A stretch of 64,000 nt of DNA from Octopus sinensis (taxonomy: Eukaryota): positions 48,608,001 to 48,672,000 of the forward strand of contig NC_043003.1 of NCBI RefSeq assembly GCF_006345805.1, written 5' to 3'. The translations under genes were made by a program, and so were the position numbers. The notes under the pieces were generated by a model. That model saw nothing but the letters and a program-made list of their open reading frames with translations, made no database searches and was not told the DNA's origin. This document shows positions 39,546-53,322 of this stretch, piece by piece; position 1 is the first letter of the stretch, and each line of letters opens with the position of its first letter.

Positions 39546-40084
39546 TCACAGAGCATTTTGAAGACTGGTGTTGGAAGCTGCATTTGTAATTGGATGTGTC
39601 TCTTCTTCATTTTCGGCCTCGGCTCGCTTTTTGTCCTGGTTCCACGCCCATAACCAAACGATGAAGAATATCACACAAACTCCCAACAACAAAGCCACTG
39701 TAATGCCAATTGCTAGAGGTGTGTAATTTTCTTTAGCTTTCTCTTTAAAAGAATCCTTTTGAGAAGGTGCTGAATTAATTTCGCCAATTGTGTTACTAGA
39801 ACCGTGTCCATTGCTTGTTACACTTGCTATCGTTTTTATTTCAATGGACATTTTCGCCTCACTAGATGCTGTTACTCCATCTGTTGCCTTTGAAACAGGT
39901 TCTTTTAATTTTGAGATAAATTCTGATCTACCAGAATTATTTTCTACATCTGACGTAGTAAGCTTGTCTGGAGAAAAGGATGAAGATGGACGGATAACGG
40001 AAGTAGTTGCGGAATATGAGGCACTTGTAGATGTTGAAATTTTTTGAGTTTTAGTTGAACTTGGAATCCATTCCTTTGAAGTAT
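39546..40084 (-). CDS. SR-C-like receptor, last coding exon: Ser/Thr-rich stalk, transmembrane helix, ~33-aa cytoplasmic tail, stop
   Basis: Acceptor cttcttatcttttag (phase 1), 539 nt open to TGA. DTSKEWIPSSTKTQKISTSTSASYSATTS...ENYTPLAIGITVALLLGVCVIFFIVWLWAWNQDKKRAEAENEEETHPITNAASNTSLQNAL*; the hydrophobic helix is followed by KKR. Confidence 0.9.
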
Positions 40085-40709
40085 CTAAAAGATAAGAAGT
40101 AGGAAAGAATTGACATTTGTATTACCATAATATATATACACATATGTATGTACTTACGTACGCACACCCACACACGTTCACATACGTGCACGCGCGCGCG
40201 CACACACATACACACACACATAAACATGTGTAAGCGGATGGCTTTGTGGTTAGAGTGTTGGACTCATGATCTTAAGATTGCTGTTTCGACTCCTGGACCG
40301 GTCAATACGTTGTGTTCATGAGGAAAGCTCTTCATTTCACCTTGCTACAGTCCACTCAGCCGGCAAACATGACAGACCAGCGTCCCGTCCAGAGGGGAAT
40401 ATATGCGTCACGGAAACAGGGAAACTAACCCTATGAGTCGATATGAGTCATGAAGGATCTTTACCCTTTTTTATAGACAAACATCTCTCTCTCTCTCTCT
40501 CTGTATATATATATGTATATAAACAGACACACATACACATATTTATTTAAATTTAAATTTAAAATGAGGGTGAAAAATTGGATATTAATTTGATTAACAC
40601 CAGTTTAAAACCAGTGGTCTAGCATATTCAAATTTAAAGGTTCAGAAAATTGTATTACATACATATGAGTAAGAGGGAGAAAGAGAACGAGAAAGGAAGA
40701 GAGAGAGGG

Positions 40710-40752
<43 letters not shown>

Positions 40753-41002
40753 GAAAGAGAGAGACAGAGAGAGAGAAGACGTAACTTCTGCTGTGGGTAG
40801 TTGAATAATGATAAAGAGTAGTGATGAAGGGTAGGATGACTGCAGGAGCCGGAGGTGTAAAGCGGGCCCGAAATCCAGTTTAAGACTATTCTATACTGAC
40901 AAATTAATGATTCAGACACTAACCTCACAAATATTCAGTCAACTGAATCAATGACACAAAAATGTGCAAGTAAATCTGCACATGGGTTGTTGTTTTACTT
41001 AC

Positions 41003-41087
41003 CATTGCAACCAACACGCCACAGTCGAATGTCATCAATTGCAATGTCGTTTTGGTAATTCTTTTTGCGTACCCCTTGTATCACAAT
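41003..41087 (-). CDS. SR-C-like receptor, MAM domain exon 4 (phase 0-1)
   Basis: Acceptor gtcttgttaatag, donor G|gtaagt, 85 nt. IVIQGVRKKNYQNDIAIDDIRLWRVGCN contains the terminal DIAIDDI MAM signature and closing Cys. Confidence 0.93.
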
Positions 41088-41684
41088 CTATTAACAAGAC
41101 AAAATATCATAAAGGCATGAGCGATTAATACATACGTATATGCATAAATCCATACATACACATATAATACATATCAACATTATATATACGAACAGAAAGA
41201 CAGCCCTCCGGGCGGTATTCTGCTAGCCACTCGATAATATTTCCACATTTGATTCCCAATTCTAATAATTTTTATGATATTTTAAGTCTAATTATTTTCT
41301 TGTATCATAGTGCACACTTGCTTAGTAAATATTGCTTTCATTATTTTATCACAGTCATAATCTCTCTTTTTAAGCAAACATCAAAGTAATCCAACTACGT
41401 TTAATGTGCAAAAAAAAATAGCAGCGATCACATAACGATATTTTAATACTTATAGCGTATTAGTTTATTTACGTCCCCGTAACTTAGCGATTCGGTAAAA
41501 GAGACCGACAGGATGAGTAGCAGACATTAAAAAGTAAGTACTGGGGTCAATTTGCTGGAGTAAGACCCTTCAAAGGCAGTGCCCTCAATATGGTCACTAA
41601 CTGGAACAATTAAAATATTAAAAAAAAAAAAGAGAAATAGAAAAAGATACAGCGCCAAAAAGAGCATAGATATTTTTATATTAC

Positions 41685-41827
41685 CTGAAACGATTCTGTT
41701 ATGTTTTCCAGTTGAATCTTTACCTGGTGCCACTTATTTCCATGATCACCAGTCTCATTAAACAGAATATTGGATTCATTCAAGTATTTACTTACTGGAC
41801 GCAAATACATCTGTAGAAAACCAGGTT
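41685..41827 (-). CDS. SR-C-like receptor, MAM domain exon 3 (phase 1-0)
   Basis: Acceptor caatttattccag, donor CAG|gtaata, 143 nt. EPGFLQMYLRPVSKYLNESNILFNETGDHGNKWHQVKIQLENITESFQ has the G-x-x-G-x-x-W MAM motif. Confidence 0.9.
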
Positions 41828-42491
41828 CTGGAATAAATTGCAAAGTGTTAAGAAGAAGAAAATGAGCAAAAATATAAATCTTGAAACTAATGTCTTATAA
41901 TCTAATGTAATTTGATGGATCACAAAGGGCCGAGTCGATGGAATACCGAACCTTTGACTGAAAAGCTAACATTTAGTATTCAATAACTTGATAAAACCCG
42001 TCAGTATCAAATAGCTGTATACGTAGTTATTCAACCGTAGGCAACTTTGAACGAGCAAACCTCTTATCAAAAACATTCTGGCTGCAACCATTTCAGTTTA
42101 CTCTTTTTTTCACCATGTTTACGATTTCAAGTATGATATCAGAGAATTTGACTCCTATATCTAACAAGTCGAACGATCACATAGGGTCTCCCTCTTTAGC
42201 ACGTATAACTTTATACTTCACATATGCATTAGATATATAAGTTGGTGCTAAGTGAGTTGCGTTTACATGCTACATACAATATATTTATATAATTGCCTTG
42301 TGTATAACTCACAACAACTGTATAATTAACCAATATATCATCGACTTGCTGCAGCACCATATTAAGAAACATCCCTTGAGCATCATGTGGCGTATATTTC
42401 GATGCATTTGGTTTACATTTTGATACACTGTGTATTAAGGACAATTACTCAAGAGGTGAACTTTCACTCCGTGGATCACAAAGCTTAGTTT

Positions 42492-42527
<36 letters not shown>

Positions 42528-43274
42528 ATGCGAGAATAAAAGGAAATAATTTTGCAAGAACACGAGCAACTATTATTTAAATCTTGTTTTAAATATTTAT
42601 CGTTGTTCCACGTAAAATTACTTTAATAATTCATAAAGTGTATTTTCGATTACTATATTTAACGGTTTGTCAATTAAATGTGTTACTTCGTCTGTAATAT
42701 CTTCATTGACGTTCATGAACGTGGAGTCAGTAGCAGATATCTAACGAACATGGTTTATTTCTAACATAAACACAAGGTCTCATATTTTCAGGGAAGATAT
42801 ATTCGATTTAGATCAACCCCCAGAAGGATGAAAGGCAAAGTTGATCTTCCCAGGATTCGAAATCTGAAGATAACGAGGCGTAAATAATATCCGTTGGTTA
42901 TTTTGTCCGATGTTCTATCAAATCTGCCAGTCCTTTGTCATATACAGCATACAGGAGGAGACCTCCTTCCCATGAAGGACAATGGGATTGCACCTAGAAA
43001 GTTACCCTCCGAGACCCAAGTCCGAGCAAGGTTGTTTATGGAAGACCAGCAATCGCCCATGCATACCATACCCCACTCTCCACGCCACAGATGTTTTCCA
43101 AGGGAAAGGCAAAGGCCTATACGGCTTGGCACCAGTGACGTCGCAACTCAATTCTACAGCTGAGTGAACTGGAGCAACGTGAAATAAAGTGTCTTGCTCA
43201 AGAACATAACACGCAGCCCAACCTCACGATCGTAAGCTCGACGCTCTAACCACTGAGCCATGCACCTTCACACA

Positions 43275-43326
<52 letters not shown>

Positions 43327-43589
43327 CATGTGTCCGTCGCTCAGCGTTGTCCATGCATCTACACTTGTATGTGCATTCTTAGGCAAGTCATTTCTTTGGA
43401 GAAGGCTGGCAATTGTCGATGCAGACAAATTTCCCCTCTTCGCGTCACCAGTGTCATTGTAAGCATTGCTGACAGAAGGCGAAAAAAGCCAGGACGAATA
43501 TCGCAAGACACACCACCTGACACTCTAGCAGGTCCCGCCAATCTACTCACCAAATATTACAAGTTATTACAAAGAAAGTAAATATGTAC

Positions 43590-43724
43590 CGTTTGTTCCT
43601 TGGCACCACATGTGGTACCAAAATTCAAAACACATTGTAGAGTTGGTTCCTACAAATAAAGGAGACAATAGTCTCGCTTTGCTGTCGAATTTCCGATTAG
43701 AGGCTTCCATGTACATGTAGTAAC
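43590..43724 (-). CDS. SR-C-like receptor, MAM domain exon 2 (phase 1-1)
   Basis: Acceptor ttttatttcacag, donor G|gtacat, 135 nt. GYYMYMEASNRKFDSKARLLSPLFVGTNSTMCFEFWYHMWCQGTN has the YMYxEAS, ARLLSP and CFxFWYHM motifs. Confidence 0.93.
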
Positions 43725-44240
43725 CTGTGAAATAAAATTTTACTTAAATTGATATACTTTCAGAAACAGTGGCATATACTATGTGAATTGGTGCAATACA
43801 TAAATACATACATACATACATACATACATACATAAATTCTCATGCACGCACACAAATCACACAAATAACATGAGTAAAACTTGAGACAAAGAGCTAACAA
43901 ACAAACAAAAACATTTTACGCAATGTTATACAAACAAAAGTACGTGCCTGAATAGTGGTACCCCCCCACCACCACCACACACACACACACATATATATAT
44001 TGGTAAAAATGGGCGCACGTTAGCAGATCGTATTACTGAATATTTGAGTGACATCCGGCTACACACCATCACAACACTCATTAGGTACCACTTCAGCTCA
44101 CTTGCACATGCTATTTCTCATCCCCTGCATCTTGCTAATAAAAAGAACGAAGCCTCATCTTTCGCCTCGTCTACTTCGACCTTCGAATGTACATACATAC
44201 ATACATACATACATACATACATACATACATACATACATAG

Positions 44241-44315
<75 letters not shown>

Positions 44316-44525
44316 ACACACAAGTGAAAACAAGGGAGACAGAGAAAGGCAGAATGCCACTTATATTTGAACACTATACAAATATTCCTTAAAAAAAACT
44401 TCTCTTTTAATTTTTCTAAATTTAATTATTTAATCGTTACAGTTGAAAAGATCTCAAAATGACCAAAACCGGTACTGAAATGTTCTTTATAAAATTATTT
44501 TAGCATTTTTTATTTTGACTTGTTT

Positions 44526-44604
<79 letters not shown>

Positions 44605-44778
44605 ATATGTTATACATTCTAATAATTACTGATATCTTTATATATTATATATGTAAAGCATAATATGTTATACATGTATATATATTGCTATAATTGTCCG
44701 TTTAGTAAATAAATAAATAAATTGACATAATATAAAGTTGATGAATACCACTTATTGATCCCGTCCATTTTCTTATTG

Positions 44779-44829
<51 letters not shown>

Positions 44830-44851
<22 letters not shown>

Positions 44852-45600
44852 GGAGACCATAGACCTGACATTTAAGATAGAAAATAACGAAGTTTTCGAT
44901 TTTTCGATGCAGGCGAAATAGTCTGACATAAAAGCAACGATTGGTTTGGTTGAAGAAGCGGAGTTTTGTTCTGGACGTAAAAGTTTGTGCTACACCAGGC
45001 TCAGGAGCAGGGGTATGATCCGGGTTGGGTATAGGAGGCTTTGAAGAACTGTAAAGCAAGAAGTCCCGCAAATAAGGGGCTCGTTTGAAGCAAAGGAAGC
45101 GTCGTTCACGAATAGTGGGGAGGTGACAGGGTGTAAACGGAGTAGGCGGAAAGAGATAGGGTATTGAGGTAAAGGGTGATGGAGGAAATGGGAAAATGGT
45201 CAAGGGAATGGCAGATACAGGGTGTAATTTCAGAGGTACGATCAACGCTATGGGTGTGGAGAAGAGCATTATTAACAATAGTTTGGGGATAATCTCGATG
45301 CATAAATTAGAGAGTACTGTGTAAAACTGGGTTTGAAAATAGTGACCATAAATACAAAGACGATGAAGTCATAGAAACATCGAGTAGAAAGAGTTAGAAT
45401 TATAAGAGTGGGAAGAGGGAAGTCGAGGTAAGAGCGCAAGTCTATAGGTTGCGTATAAATTTTACAAGAAGAGAACTTATGTTTGAGACAAATGTCGAAG
45501 CTGATGAAATCGGCGTAGACTGAAATCGCGATTTTGGTTGTCGATCCGCGACGTTATTTCTGTTTTAACCAACACAGTGTACAGCAGCATTAGATAAACA
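44830..45600 (-). mobile_element. Penelope-like retroelement fragment (RT C-terminus and GIY-YIG region) in an intron of the receptor gene
   Basis: Degenerate HRDYPQTIVNNA (RGYP motif), FKRAPYLRDFL and VIFYLKCQVYGLLYI (CxxCG..YIG-like); ends in a TA microsatellite. Confidence 0.7.
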
Positions 45601-45659
45601 GTACAATCATTTTTTTTTATAAGTTGTATTACATAATTAAAATTTAAGGTCATATTTAC

Positions 45660-45815
45660 CTTTTCCTAAATCTCCATATGTGTGGTCACTTGAAGGTCCT
45701 GTGTACTTGGTGCCAGTATCCAGTGAATGTCTTGTCCAGTCAAACTCCTCTGTGTGGTCTTGCAGCCAACCACACCTTCCCTCTTCAAAATTGCAATGAT
45801 TTTCTAATGCAGTTT
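45660..45815 (-). CDS. SR-C-like receptor, MAM domain exon 1 (phase 1-1)
   Basis: Acceptor ttccgattgcag, donor G|gtaaat, 156 nt. TALENHCNFEEGRCGWLQDHTEEFDWTRHSLDTGTKYTGPSSDHTYGDLGK has the MAM CxFE..CGW, FDW and TGP..DHT motifs. Confidence 0.93.
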
Positions 45816-45831
45816 CTGCAATCGGAAATTG

Positions 45832-45903
<72 letters not shown>

Positions 45904-46395
45904 GAGTGAGAGAGCAGTGCATGCCATCAAAGTGACACTGGGGTAAAATATACGAAGCCCAGTATACCCATCATGACTACCCGCCTGATAAGGGTACACC
46001 AGGCACATGCACCACAACCATATTTGCGCGACATGCTGATCTCACATCAAGATAAACAGCACATGACCTTGCAGGTGGGGCCCAGTTAGAATTTTCTTCT
46101 GGTCGAGTAACCCATCTCGCTCAAAAGGTCCCTGAATAAGGGTTGTTTAAGGATGTTGCACGAAACACCCATGTTTGCAGAGGTGAATTATTCAAACCCC
46201 AAAGAATCCCTCTCAACACATGGCTATGATGCTCCCCCCACTACTTCTGCTCGTGATCAGAGATGCACATATCGTCAGCTACTAAGGGACATGCTCAACT
46301 GGTTAAGGTCAAACAACTAACCAGCAGATCTGTGGTATTGAGCAGAATATTTGCTGTAGCCCATCTTTTATACCAAGACAAAACAATGTACATGA
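45904..46395 (-). mobile_element. Interspersed retro-repeat with (AAT)n tail abutting the MAM exon 1 acceptor
   Basis: 3' end gcatgcactgctctctcactc-(AAT)n; the same terminus recurs at ~31378-31410. Confidence 0.6.
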
Positions 46396-46746
46396 TAACA
46401 CTTAAGTTGAGGCATCAGAGTTTAGTACGATATTATCCATACAATTTCAAAATAAGGTGATTAAAAAAAAATCAGTTACAGGCTGTGCCTTCTTGAAAAT
46501 TTTAGTTAAGGCTATGCTGTTGTAGGTACAACCTGTTCTTTGACTATCTCCTTAACTTCTTGGAGATTTTATGTATAATTATACTAATGTGTTTATCTGT
46601 TCTAATTTAATTAAATTCTATGTCTTTGTGCTACTGAAGATTTCTCTACATTTTAAATTGATGTAATGATTGCATTGTTCAATTAAATGGAGTTAGATGA
46701 AACGATCGTACTGCATTACCTCTGTATATCCTTGTTGCTTATTTTG

Positions 46747-46812
<66 letters not shown>

Positions 46813-47599
46813 CGACGGGCTTCCATACATATTCCGTCGATCAAATTCACCCACAAGGCGATGTCACTTGCTCAAGGTGGTATGCAGTGGCACTGAACTC
46901 GAAACTACGTGGTTACAAAGCGAGCTTCATAACTACGCAGCCATGCCTGCGCCTATTACCAAGTGTCAATATAATAAATATATATTTAAAAAAAGCTACT
47001 CATAATAACATAAATTTGGTAACTTTCAGTTATCATGCTACTTGGCAACTTTAAAGGGAATGCGTAAACAAGAGAGGTATTTCCACGAGATTTGTGGAAT
47101 GTTTATCAACATTGTTTGAATGACAACAATAGAACAAACAGTCAGTAGTAGTTTTACTAATTTTCTCCTTCAGTTTATATTTATTATATCTGATCAGTTT
47201 CATCCGCATCAAACATAGGTGGGTCTGTATTAATTCTCTGGTTTCCGTGGTTTAATCTAATTTATATTTTCATTACGAATTAATTAGCCTCTTGTCAGAT
47301 TAGATTTGTTGCGTTTGTCTGATACCGGACTAATTTTCATGTACCAGCCATATCCATATACAAAACTTAGAAGGTTCTTCAGCAGGGAAATTTGGCTGCT
47401 ATTCTGATCAGGTCGAGCGATCAAGTAGTCGATACCATCAAACGCTGTACTTGTCTGGTACTCGATATAACCGATACCAAACGGATAAAAGATGAAGTTA
47501 ACCTCTGCGTGGTCAGAACTTAGAACGTAAAGATGCGAAAAAAAATACTACAGTGTATTTTGTTCGTTCTAACGACGATTCGGTCAATCTGCTGCCCTT

Positions 47600-48155
47600 G
47601 ACAGTAACACTGATAGTTCTTTTTAATTTTGACACTAGGCCAGCAGTTTAAAGAGAAGATTATATCAACCTCAGTACTTGAATGGTATTTTATTTTATCG
47701 ACACCGAAAGGATGAATGACATTTGTGACTCAGAACGTAAAGCCGAAAGAAATGATGCTAAGCATTTTCCCGGTGTGCTTATGATTCAACCACCACGCCT
47801 TGACAATGATACTAACAGTCCTTTCTACTCAGTTGGTACTTATTTTATAGACTCCAAAAGGATGAAAAGCAAAATCGACCGCAGCTGAATTTGAACTCAG
47901 AACGTGGAGAGGGATGAAATACCTATTTCTTTACTACCCACAAGGGGCTACACACAGAGGGGACAAACAAGGACAGACAAACGGATTAAGCCGATTATAT
48001 CGACCCCAGTGCATAACTGGTACTTATTTAATCGACCCCGAAAGGATGAAAGGCAAAGTTGACCTTGGCGGAATTTGAACTCAAAACGTAACGGCAGACG
48101 AAATACGGCTACGCATTTTGCCCGGAGTGCTAACGATTCTGCCAACTCGCCTTGA
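47600..48155 (-). mobile_element. SINE family B cluster (three partial or complete units)
   Basis: Repeated central domain at ~47690, 47840 and 48030. Confidence 0.8.
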
Positions 48156-48919
48156 CAATAACGCTAATAATAACAGCAATGACAATAGCAGCAGCTAGAT
48201 CTATATAAGTTCAACAACGGCGGCTGTATTAGCATCAGTCAGTTCTGTATAATAAATGTAAGTTGACACATTGATCCTCTACTTCCAAATAAGAATATAC
48301 TGAAAAATATTTTGAATCTGTATTTTTATAGTAAGTAAAATGCTTGCGCTTAGCGTACAAGTCGCATATCAACGAGGGTGCGTGGCTTAGTGGTTAGGAA
48401 TTTTCGGTTCACGATTTTTAAGTCGTGAGTTCAATTCCTGGCAGCGCATTGTGCCCTTGAGCAAGATACTTTCTTTCGTAATGTTCCAATCTAGACAAAA
48501 ATGAGTAATACATGTATTTGAAAGGACCAACCTTATAACATTCCGTGTCATGCTGAATCCCTCTGACAACTAAGTTAAGGTACGAGTATCTGTGGAGTGC
48601 TCGACCACTTGTACATTAATTTCACAAGCAGGTTGTTCCGTTGATCAGATCACCTGGAACCCTCGTCGTCGTAACCGATGGCGTGCCAGAAATAAAAAAA
48701 AGAATAATTCCATCCATCCATCCACCCACCCACCAAAAATGTCTCCGAGGAAACTAGTGGCCGTCAGACTAATATTGATAACGATCATAGAAGGAAGTTT
48801 GTGAGTTTGGATACGTTTGTGTGCCTTGGTCGAGGAGATGCTGACGTTTCGGACTAACCGTTCATCTTCGCGGGATAAAATAACAGAAAAGAAATTTGTG
48901 TTATTAAATTAGTACTCAC

Positions 48920-49090
48920 TTAAACATGTTGGAGGCAGTTTATTCCAATTAAATCTGTTACAGAATACTCTGTTCTCCTTTTTTTCCATTGCATAGCCGG
49001 GTTTGCACTGAAAGGTGGCTAACGCCCCACGATGAGTGTATGTAACATCAAGAATACTATGATTGAATTGCATTGGACGGCAACCACTTG
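48920..49090 (-). CDS. SR-C-like receptor, CCP/sushi domain 2 exon (phase 1-1)
   Basis: Acceptor ttttctttcattgcag, donor A|gtgagt, 171 nt. ASGCRPMQFNHSILDVTYTHRGALATFQCKPGYAMEKKENRVFCNRFNWNKLPPTCL contains FxCxxGY and W-x4-P-x-C motifs. Confidence 0.92.
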
Positions 49091-49505
49091 CTGCAATGAA
49101 AGAAAAAATGCATAAAATGTTAATTTCTGAATTTTGTGACGTATATAACCACCCAACTTCCACTTAAGTAATTGAACACCAAGAATAATTAAACCCCAAT
49201 ATATTTCTGGTATATATTATTGTTTTTCATTGGCTTTGAATAAATGAGAAGTATAGCATGTATTTTCCAGTCAAATAATAATAATAATAATAATCTTTTC
49301 TACTGGAAGCACAAGGCCTCAAATTTGGGGGAAGGGATTAAGTCAATTACATCGACTCCAGTGCGTAACTGTTACTTAATTTATCGACCCCGAAAGAATG
49401 AAAGGCAAGTTGACCTCGGCGGAATTTGAACTCAGAACGTAGCGACGGGCGAACAACCGCTAAGCATTTCGTCCAGTGTGCTAATGATTCTGCCAGCTGG
49501 CTGCC

Positions 49506-49570
<65 letters not shown>

Positions 49571-50096
49571 TGGCTGAACCCGTGAAAACTTCACCGAAAA
49601 TATAAAATATGTAAGCATCTGTAAATTATGTGCTGGTGCCATGAAAAATGTTTCTATATTGTGACAGTTACAGAATATAGAAAGAAGTGTAAAACCGATA
49701 ACTATATAATCCAACCAAAATATCTCAGTTAAGCAAACGTAAACACAATTACTATTTAGCCTTAAAATACATCGTACATATTCAAAGAACCTTCTTGGTT
49801 TAGTGGTACGGAACGTTCTTCTGGAATTCTTTTATTCTTTTACTTGTTTCAATCATTTGCCTGTGGCCATGCTGGAGCACCGCTCTTTCGTCGAAGAAAT
49901 CGACCCCTGAACTTATTCCCTGTAAGCCTGGTGCTTATTGCATCCGTTTCTTATGCCGAGCCGCTAAGTTACGGGGACGCAAACGCACCAACATCGGTTG
50001 TCAGGCGATGTTGATGAGGGACAAACACAGACCCATCCCCACAGACCTACCCCCCACACACACGCAGGCACACATGCGCACACACACACGCACACA

Positions 50097-50130
<34 letters not shown>

Positions 50131-50287
50131 ATTAAAATAAGCAACAGGATATCCAGAGGTGATGCTGTACAACATCTGGATATCCTGTTGCTTATTTTGA
50201 TTTTATTCACCGTATTTTTGAGTTGTACGGATAATACCGCACTAATTTTTGGTGCTTCAACTTAGGTACCTAATTCAACTGAATATC

Positions 50288-50333
<46 letters not shown>

Positions 50334-53268
50334 CGGGCTTCTTTCAGTTTCCGTCTACCAAATCCACCCATAAAGCTTTGTTCGGCCCTAGGCTATAATA
50401 GAAGATACTCTATAAAGTATAGAGTTGAATTTCGTGTAGCCATGTTTTGGTAACTTTTCTACCCTGTACTACCCATTTTTCTGGGTTCTTTTCACAGCTA
50501 CACCCCATTCGAAATTTGCATTAGTTTTTGTATGGAGAAAAAAAAAAAAAAAGAAGGAAGGGAGCGGGGCTTGTCTGTAGTTTGTAGAGAAAGCGTTAAA
50601 CGTGCCTGAAAAAAAAAAACATGGTCTTTTCCCCCAAACTAAAAGACATGCAGAACTATCAAACAAGACCCGGGGTGGGGGGAAGAAGAGAGAACTAACA
50701 CTCGATCATCCTAGAATTCCTAGAATGAAAACCTAAACACCTGAAAGACTTTCCCTCTATTCATTACTAAATCTCTTTCCTTCTTCTTCATTGTTAAAAG
50801 TAAAGAAGCTACAAAAGATCGGTCGTATTTCATTCTAATTGTCATTTTAAATGACTGAGACTTTCCTTTCCCCGTCTCTATCGCTTCACTCCTTTTCTTT
50901 ACGGTTAAGAGAGTGAAATTGCGTGACTCAGTGGTTAGGAGTGTTGGGCCCACCTTCCTTTCAGTCATCACTCTCTGTTTGTTTCTCTCTCTCTAACTCA
51001 CTCTCTCACTCTTTCTCTCTTTTTTTCTCTCTCACTTCACTTCTGTCCCACCTCTCTCTCGCGTTGCCACTCACTTCAACTATACCTCCTCTATTTAACA
51101 CCTTTTATCTCTCTTTTTCTTTGTACCTCTCCCTTCAACTTTTTTATGTTTTCCTTTTTACGTAACATACACCACTGGTACGTACGTACAAAAGCAAGCG
51201 TATGAACATTTTTGATAATGATAATAATAATAACAATCCTATCTACTATAGACACAAAGCTTGTAATTTCACCGACCCCAGTGTTTCACTGGTACTTAAT
51301 TTATCGACCCCGAAAGGATAAAAAGACAAAGTCGACCTCTGTGGTACTTGAAATCAGAACGTAGCGACAGGCGTAATATCGCGCGTTGGACGAAGTACTT
51401 AGCATTTCATCCAGTGATCTAACGATTCTGCCAGCTCGCCGCCTTAATAATAATAATGATGATGATCATGTTGATAATCATGATAATTTCTTCTATTAAA
51501 GGCAGAAGGTCTGAAATTTTGAGGGGAAGCAAACGTGGTGTAGAGACAGCGTGCCATTGATGAGGTCGCGATGGCAGCAAAAAGACTTTGACAAACTTAG
51601 CCGATTAATTGATTTATCGATCAAAAGATTAATTAAATAATCGATTAGTTAACAGTTAAATGTTAACGAATGGACTAAAAGTAATAAAAGAAATGAAATT
51701 GAACCAGTGCATGTGCTTATTGTTAGCAAAATGACCCTCCCGAGACACAACACAAATATGGTTCAATACATGAGTTCACATCATGAAAGTTGCGAGCCGA
51801 ATACAAAAGCCAATTAATAATAATGAATAAATATGTGCTAACCAAATGAAAGTAATGAGAATGGTATATCATTTTACAGAGATTGTGATGATAAATAGGA
51901 CGAAAGCTATAACGACAACGACAATGGGAATGACATCGACGACAATGACGACGTCGATGACGACGACGATGATGATGACGACAACTACGACGATGCCGAT
52001 GATGACAATGATGATAAGGAGTGGGAGGAAGTAAGGAAAATGTGGGACAGAAGAGGATTAATGGAGCACTGCCTTAAGGGGTTTTAGTCGAACAAATGGA
52101 TCTCAGGACTTACTTTTTAAACCTAGTACTTATTCTATCAGTCACTTTTACTGAACCGCTATGTTAGGTGGATGTACACACACCAACATCGGTTGTCAAG
52201 CGGGACAAACACAGACACAAAGTCACAAACACATAGATATACACATATATGTACGACAGGGTTCTTTCAGTTTCTGGCTACCAAATCCACTTACGAGCAT
52301 ATAGTAAGAGATACTTGCTCAAACTTTCACGCAATGGGACCATGTGATTAGGAAGCAAGCTTCTTACCACACAGCTACGCCTGCGCCTATATAGGTGTGT
52401 GTGTGTATGTGAGTGAGTGAGGGTGTGTGTGTATACATGTGTTTGTGTATATTTGTTTATATAAGTATCAATGAACGTGCACCTTTATTAAATACTTGCA
52501 ATTATGTATACATACATACATACACACGTGCGAGCGCCACGTATATTTATTATTACGTGTGTGCTCACGCGTGTGTATGCATTTCATTGTCTCTTAGGTT
52601 TAGCCTCTATTCAAATGGCAGAATTTCACAAATCTCTAATCTTCACGTGAATCTCCAATATTAGTTTTATTCTAATACAATATATATTAGGAACGTGCTT
52701 CTGATTCTAAGCCAATTCGTTAAGCCACAAACGAAACTGCAGGCTCTTGAGTCACTTTTGTAACTTTGTTCTTTTATTAGGGTTGGCTTGATGTTAAAGA
52801 CTAATACTAACAATACCACGACTGCTACGTTGCTATATTCGTTGTTTAAAAATCCCTCTCACATGCCAACAGGCATGGTTTATCTTGCGTTATCTTACGA
52901 GCTTTCCTTTCTTTATTAAATCAGTAGAGCATATTTGAAGGAAGTCTGACTGCTATTTGTAGAAGCCCCAGGCTCAGAAACTGCTCGGGGGCGTGCTCAT
53001 TGACTCACTTCGTGTTGTTGTTTGGCACCAGATAATCCTCTATGTTCGAAGGCATTGATGCCTTGGTAATTCGGCATTTTCCCTTTTTATACATGGAATC
53101 CAGGATAGTATCATATAACGCGTCTTTTTCTAAGATGATAGCGTGGAATTCGAGGGAATTCAGTTGCTTATTCTAGCAAATCAAACGACAGTGTTTAGGC
53201 TCCTTTGCTGGTTTGCATTAATTCGGCAAAGATAACACCAATTGCACACGCACGCACGCACACACACA

Positions 53269-53322
<54 letters not shown>

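Noticed and set aside
40780-40930. Extra receptor exon (e.g. somatomedin-B) between MAM and stalk
   Set aside because: The phase-1 frame after the best acceptor hits TAG immediately, there is no Cys-rich pattern and no good donor.
50470-50610. Possible alternative first exon MGCSCEKNPEKWVVQ with phase-1 donor in the CCP1-CCP2 intron
   Set aside because: Weak donor, no signal peptide, and CCP1 already joins CCP2 in phase; no further support.
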